Assembly (NCBI GenBank): GCA_002495675.1
Contig: DAGH01000018.1
Coordinates: 28,249-71,017 of the forward strand
Reading direction: 5' to 3'
DNA: 42,769 nt
From: Euryarchaeota archaeon UBA182
GTDB taxonomy: Archaea; Thermoplasmatota; Poseidoniia; Poseidoniales; Thalassarchaeaceae
Shown piece after piece: positions 41,601 through 42,769 of the stretch (the stretch's first letter is position 1; every line of letters starts with the position of its first letter). The notes under the pieces are model-generated. The model was not told where the DNA came from, ran no database searches, and was given only the letters and a program-made list of their open reading frames with translations. Made by a program: the position numbers and the translations under genes.

Positions 41601-42769
41601 TCGAGTGGCGGCTTCTTTAGGATGTTCAACCACATCAGCCACGATGCGTCTGACACCTTCTCTGGTAAGGGAGTCACCCTGAGGCCCGGATCCACCGGCT
41701 CCTACACCACCTGGTCCTTCACAGGGGACCTGCCGACCGGGCACTCGTTCTACTCAGACGGAAGAATCTCAGCATCAAACAGCGCCTCCGTAGGCGACAT
41801 CGAGGACCTGACGATCACCCAACAGGTCATCGTCGGCGGCAAGGCGTTCACCAAGTCCATCGACGTCCAGATCATCGTAGCGGACCAAGCCCCCGGTGCG
41901 ATGTACGACACCGTGGGCAAGAAAGGCTGGACGACCGGGTCCTATGCAGACGGGTCCCCGCACTACCCATTTGCGACCGACGCCTCATTGGATGGGGGCA
42001 GCGATGCCTTCGACCTGTGCAGCACCAACGTCGGCGCCCACAGCACCACTGCCAGCATCGAGCGTTCAGTGAGCGTTCCCATCGGCACTCAAGCCGACTT
42101 CCGTCTCGTCTGGGGCACCAATGCCATGTCCGGGGACGAGTTGGAGCTTTGGATCGATGGCGTCTACATCGCATCGAGGAACGGCGGCATGACCACGTCA
42201 ACCTACACCGTGACCGAAGGAGACCACACACTCGAGGTCAGGTACACGAAGAACTCGAACGGGGACTCCGGCAGGGACCAGGGCTGTGTCAGGGAGGCAT
42301 CTCTGTTCGCGAAGGGCACCAGCACAGAGCTCTTCGAGGGGGCCGTTTCCGTGTTCGACCCATCCCCCCTGGAGCTAACCAGGGGCATGCCGATGGAGGA
42401 CTTCGGACCCCTGAAGATAACCAACCAAGAGCTGCTGGAGGAGTTCATTGTGGAACCTGCACTGCCTCTTGCCCTCTCTATCGACCAAGCGACGGGCGTG
42501 GTGTCCGGGACGCCTGCCGTTAACACCCATGCGCCCTGGGACGACCTCGTCGCGCTCGCAGAGCCGTACGCCCTGAAGGCATGCAACGACTGGCACACGC
42601 AGTATCCCGGATACAAGCCGGTCTGCAGCACGACCGACGTAGAGATACGAATCGCCGAGCCCGAGCCCGACTTCGAATACGGTAGCACGAACGAGGTGGA
42701 GCTACCTAGGGACCTCTACGCAGAGGTGCTGCCGACCATCACCGGAGGGGACTCGTCCTCATGGCAGCT
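32697..42769 (+). CDS. Giant secreted/surface protein (>3350 aa, truncated by window end): RCC1 propellers, TSP3-like Ca-binding repeats, other propellers, He_PIG Ig domains, jelly-roll domains
   Basis: Manual translation MQTGSALSKKK...KAILLSFLMVMLVQSTYF (signal/anchor); repeated HTC...CWG.N..GQLG; DxDxDG repeats; LPTGLDIDPVTGAIQGTP. Same frame at the window end (AEVLPTITGGDSSSWQ). No track ORF in this frame implies no internal stop. Confidence 0.92.
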   Translation, partial: MQTGSALSKKKTTLWSARSSEGKGKAILLSFLMVMLVQSTYFSSYTAPELTESPTPADVHNGNPYRHLNESIFEVGLGHTCVVGHDTSVLGFGDRMKCWGIGDMGQLGIGNTQDMGDEAGEMGEDLPFVDTGVDLNITEIALGEGHTCALFENGSAKCWGETTLIGIGYNDVDGFGDGYQETGDVLPYLPLPAGRTILDIDAGQRHTCAILDNQDITCWGANSHGQLGTGNTSLIGDSPDEIGDGLPIIAASHSSATSPPASLALGWDHTCVLFENGTVTCWGSNAHGQLGIESTTTIGDQPGDMGDSLLQVALPSGRTATQVTAGDGFTCALLDNSEVACWGKNDKGQMGIGTTSNQGDSAGEMGDSLTTVDLSYNALSVDAGMDHVCAVVDTSSGRVQCWGGNQAGQLGYGDTQNRGDGLNEMGSALQNVNLGNNGILAVSAGDQMTCAIDASKRVLCFGINVRGQLGVGSTQYIGDDSQDMPPSETHIEIWESFEGSGCRAYLFPPFHPTFSGSTVDETSNDVGDDNDMQLLSDGCPVVSYADQENNDVKVAIFANGLWTVETPIPDTTSVLSTSVAVDNDDRVHVIATDPSYDASSQDIVFSTKVAGRWVSTQLPQSANANLVDMLWTPDGLVATWSTGSKVTSMECPSSCHQASQWSEVFDQSYSGVTNLETTYNEITDSVHVAFTISTMSGDVLRYLTTTATGVQTALVTSDSSTSTTERGISLDSDFEGTLYLAYENGSGHVTLSTCNPSTSSCASASSWTSEDTGLSGSDIHLSVDRSKNPHIAANDASSLVVSSRMDGSWTNTQVFNFESDWTSFAVDPYGRTWVAAHIGASDDLWVFDAWGFGGNGLELDTDQDGFTGYDEHQCGTDPTDPSSVPADFDMDGRCDQIDDLVDLPAVGESSILAMGDSFGCAITTSDEVVCWGLNDQGQLGRPTTGNNAQIAGQVIGLPTSFRPISVDAGHDHACAVGADGEVWCWGRNIEGQVGTGSSTTSEGPTQATMPGGTRALSVSAGDTHTCATLTNGRLACWGTGSSGQIGPMIGMPNGLHQGDFQYPFEADSRFDSTRGNVFSSTNQGVHSSTSGFYINTPINQFVGSLPYTVSYDYYVGAENCCDKLHFGLSDEGSSLQSLQVHSNNRAWNTQTHTITSLSDMQLSWWFYKDASANNYEDSGFVDNVVITDSNGAVMFSEDSWIPQSTAVQPSYISMPTESRVIEEVSAGTRHTCAVDSARQVLCWGYNGGSTTMTLGNHGYLAGNSSDPVYVTLLGSGSEVQETPGIRSISAGGDVTCGILDTGLATVCWGKGMNGVELLGASDAAIGGAYTDTGSPGDRHLSVSVGEQHACSVVESSVYCWGREDSGELGDGGPQSSDPPSPVEAQIGYGTPMEVVVGIDASCVVLRPSPSSTDSRIGCWGESASGQMGSGALPDQTSGPDSEGRLVEFSVGSPVNAPLKTDVLRMGPSSPYMVAVGHDHTCFMSMLGLVKCTGSNSYGQLGLGHPTNLYPATTRADWVQLGSNRTATMIDAGELYTCALLDDGVVKCWGHNGYGQLGLGHYNNMGDHPNEMGDQLPAVSLGQPAIDLSAGRRHACAVLQDGTLKCWGNNQYGTLGLGSTQNKVIPQTVDLGPGMKALDVEAGYLNTCVIMTTGQVKCWGYGQYGLFGPSYDSIGDNNGETGESLPFVDLGTSRHATSLFLAETNACASMSDLTTLCWGDDYYGYHGNNGERSVGNALDLDGDGFSDEMGDTMVEVHLRNKSITNTQILEPASSYDPIVDVHGYMHTGCGITASGDIYCWGRGDYYQRGDGSSTYRVFWGVQVLEAPHSALTMSSGYLRSCAITTSSTILCWGYGNYRDFQPGTSSIVRPTPVDIDLHSGDADLDGWLDLWDTDDDNDGYLDESDDFPFDACAHLDTDGDGRPNFLLGGCVSPLVEDLDDDGDSWSDLDEVLCGTDPLDVRRTPGDPDGDGLCNALDLDDDGDGWPDEDEWACETRNNARYFQPHTSYVHSNADLYGAALGYHYGTLQMVRYQNSMQIYTFDQPTFSNSPLNPRSTDPAWDNNYYPIALQHGDEMFLAGDDALHRIDFDANGAFTPVKLIERGGYGGSSYFASAAISHDGTAYLTDQYAIKVLDLESGAEGTIPLPLPSTSWGYRIATDSSGDLWSAYYLDTGDPATRGMYASQWNPDSSTWTSTLAFPTNINPNEYRQAQYAIDQSDNHHIAIMDSGVKHFTNAGGSWSMTHHATGTVDSRSAVSMAITDANDVHIAWYDFADKDLMHSRGIGGTWYTSAVHDFDNDDSYPRSIDITLDDQGDPRIYALVDDATGDAAMIYYGSFADPSLDASSVPSDSNSDGTCDALSAAILDYGADITFEMGFESTFTPLYEGLLPTSISITPPLPTGLDIDPVTGAIQGTPLYPDTQGSTHTITTTSSNEVWFGQIEVRILDAPPMIADRQSIQSYNDLEARRDVSEVEYDSEGNKYQAGYRFMSNCGSVGQITKRAPDGTTLWCTSIESMGQIPGSSYHAFVQGMKVSPDGSLVVSIVKNGDLKVGIGHLTDSSQNVRYETYDSNMQSFAIMKLDPLTGAPIWVRTQSAISEGDFAVPVDGIHPSYLRSHIRDSMSIDGSGGITFSYVMYDDDGQEKMTEFAGSRLPTAPPCTTHNGATESHIRVGVIRLSPSGDLAWNVGLEPLNGTSCYHFHRNTFGPYGYYEDGHTRAVVTAHPDGSASVAAPFHSNLSVGGVVVEPRASQTTGLAMARISSNGQVMWADSVSSTIDGVDAILTSNSGLWTSSDFSSLVSYDNGDLGAIFTDRACTPDYQETVPVLDFLGEEISPQGNCWLAAIRVDATGSVVWSRIIEGAGLYTNSGTLHTVLDVDETMRLLVERELYTTNPSVLDAHPHLEFGALRMIHIDNLGRISASSASHSGQSGQTYVDDLDVDPSGDTVWIGRTQSQKWGRQTASTTLSDGQQTSSGGFFRMFNHISHDASDTFSGKGVTLRPGSTGSYTTWSFTGDLPTGHSFYSDGRISASNSASVGDIEDLTITQQVIVGGKAFTKSIDVQIIVADQAPGAMYDTVGKKGWTTGSYADGSPHYPFATDASLDGGSDAFDLCSTNVGAHSTTASIERSVSVPIGTQADFRLVWGTNAMSGDELELWIDGVYIASRNGGMTTSTYTVTEGDHTLEVRYTKNSNGDSGRDQGCVREASLFAKGTSTELFEGAVSVFDPSPLELTRGMPMEDFGPLKITNQELLEEFIVEPALPLALSIDQATGVVSGTPAVNTHAPWDDLVALAEPYALKACNDWHTQYPGYKPVCSTTDVEIRIAEPEPDFEYGSTNEVELPRDLYAEVLPTITGGDSSSWQ
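37183..37376 (+). repeat. 26-bp near-identical direct repeat in adjacent RCC1 blades
   Basis: GCTACGGACAACTTGGGCT(A/T)GGACAC at 37183-37208 and 37351-37376. Confidence 0.8.

Noticed and set aside
32888-42688. Dozens of short ORFs on both strands in the ORF track
   Set aside because: Shadow frames of the GC-rich giant + strand ORF, with no recognisable motifs of their own.
1-42769. CRISPR array, IS element, rRNA
   Set aside because: No regularly spaced repeats, transposase motifs or rRNA-like sequence seen by eye.

Overview
Archaeal genomic window. Gene content (PCNA, TFS, Nop5-fibrillarin, pelota, aSelBL-like, IcmF, SMUG1, MutM, giant RCC1/TSP3 surface protein) most resembles Marine Group II Thermoplasmatota (Poseidoniales); this assignment is an inference. 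Bases 1-31.3 kb are a dense core and metabolic region with one tRNA-Gly(TCC). After about 31.3 kb the DNA is visibly more GC-rich and carries an HTH-10 regulator, a LysE exporter and a >3350-codon surface-protein ORF (32697 to the window end). That ORF is missing from the ORF track because it has no stop in the window. The best hidden signals are: (1) a well-formed box C/D sRNA (6956-7019, minus strand) that overlaps the PCNA RBS and start codon and lies beside the nop5-fibrillarin genes; (2) the giant modular protein, with three 7-bladed RCC1 propellers and a lower-GC jelly-roll domain inserted inside one of them; (3) a divergent TBP-fold paralog; (4) a 2-aminophenol-dioxygenase/deaminase mini-operon; (5) an EF-hand-fused APC permease; and (6) a three-way-junction RNA that sequesters the start codon of an endonuclease IV-like gene. 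All calls were made by eye, with no database searches.
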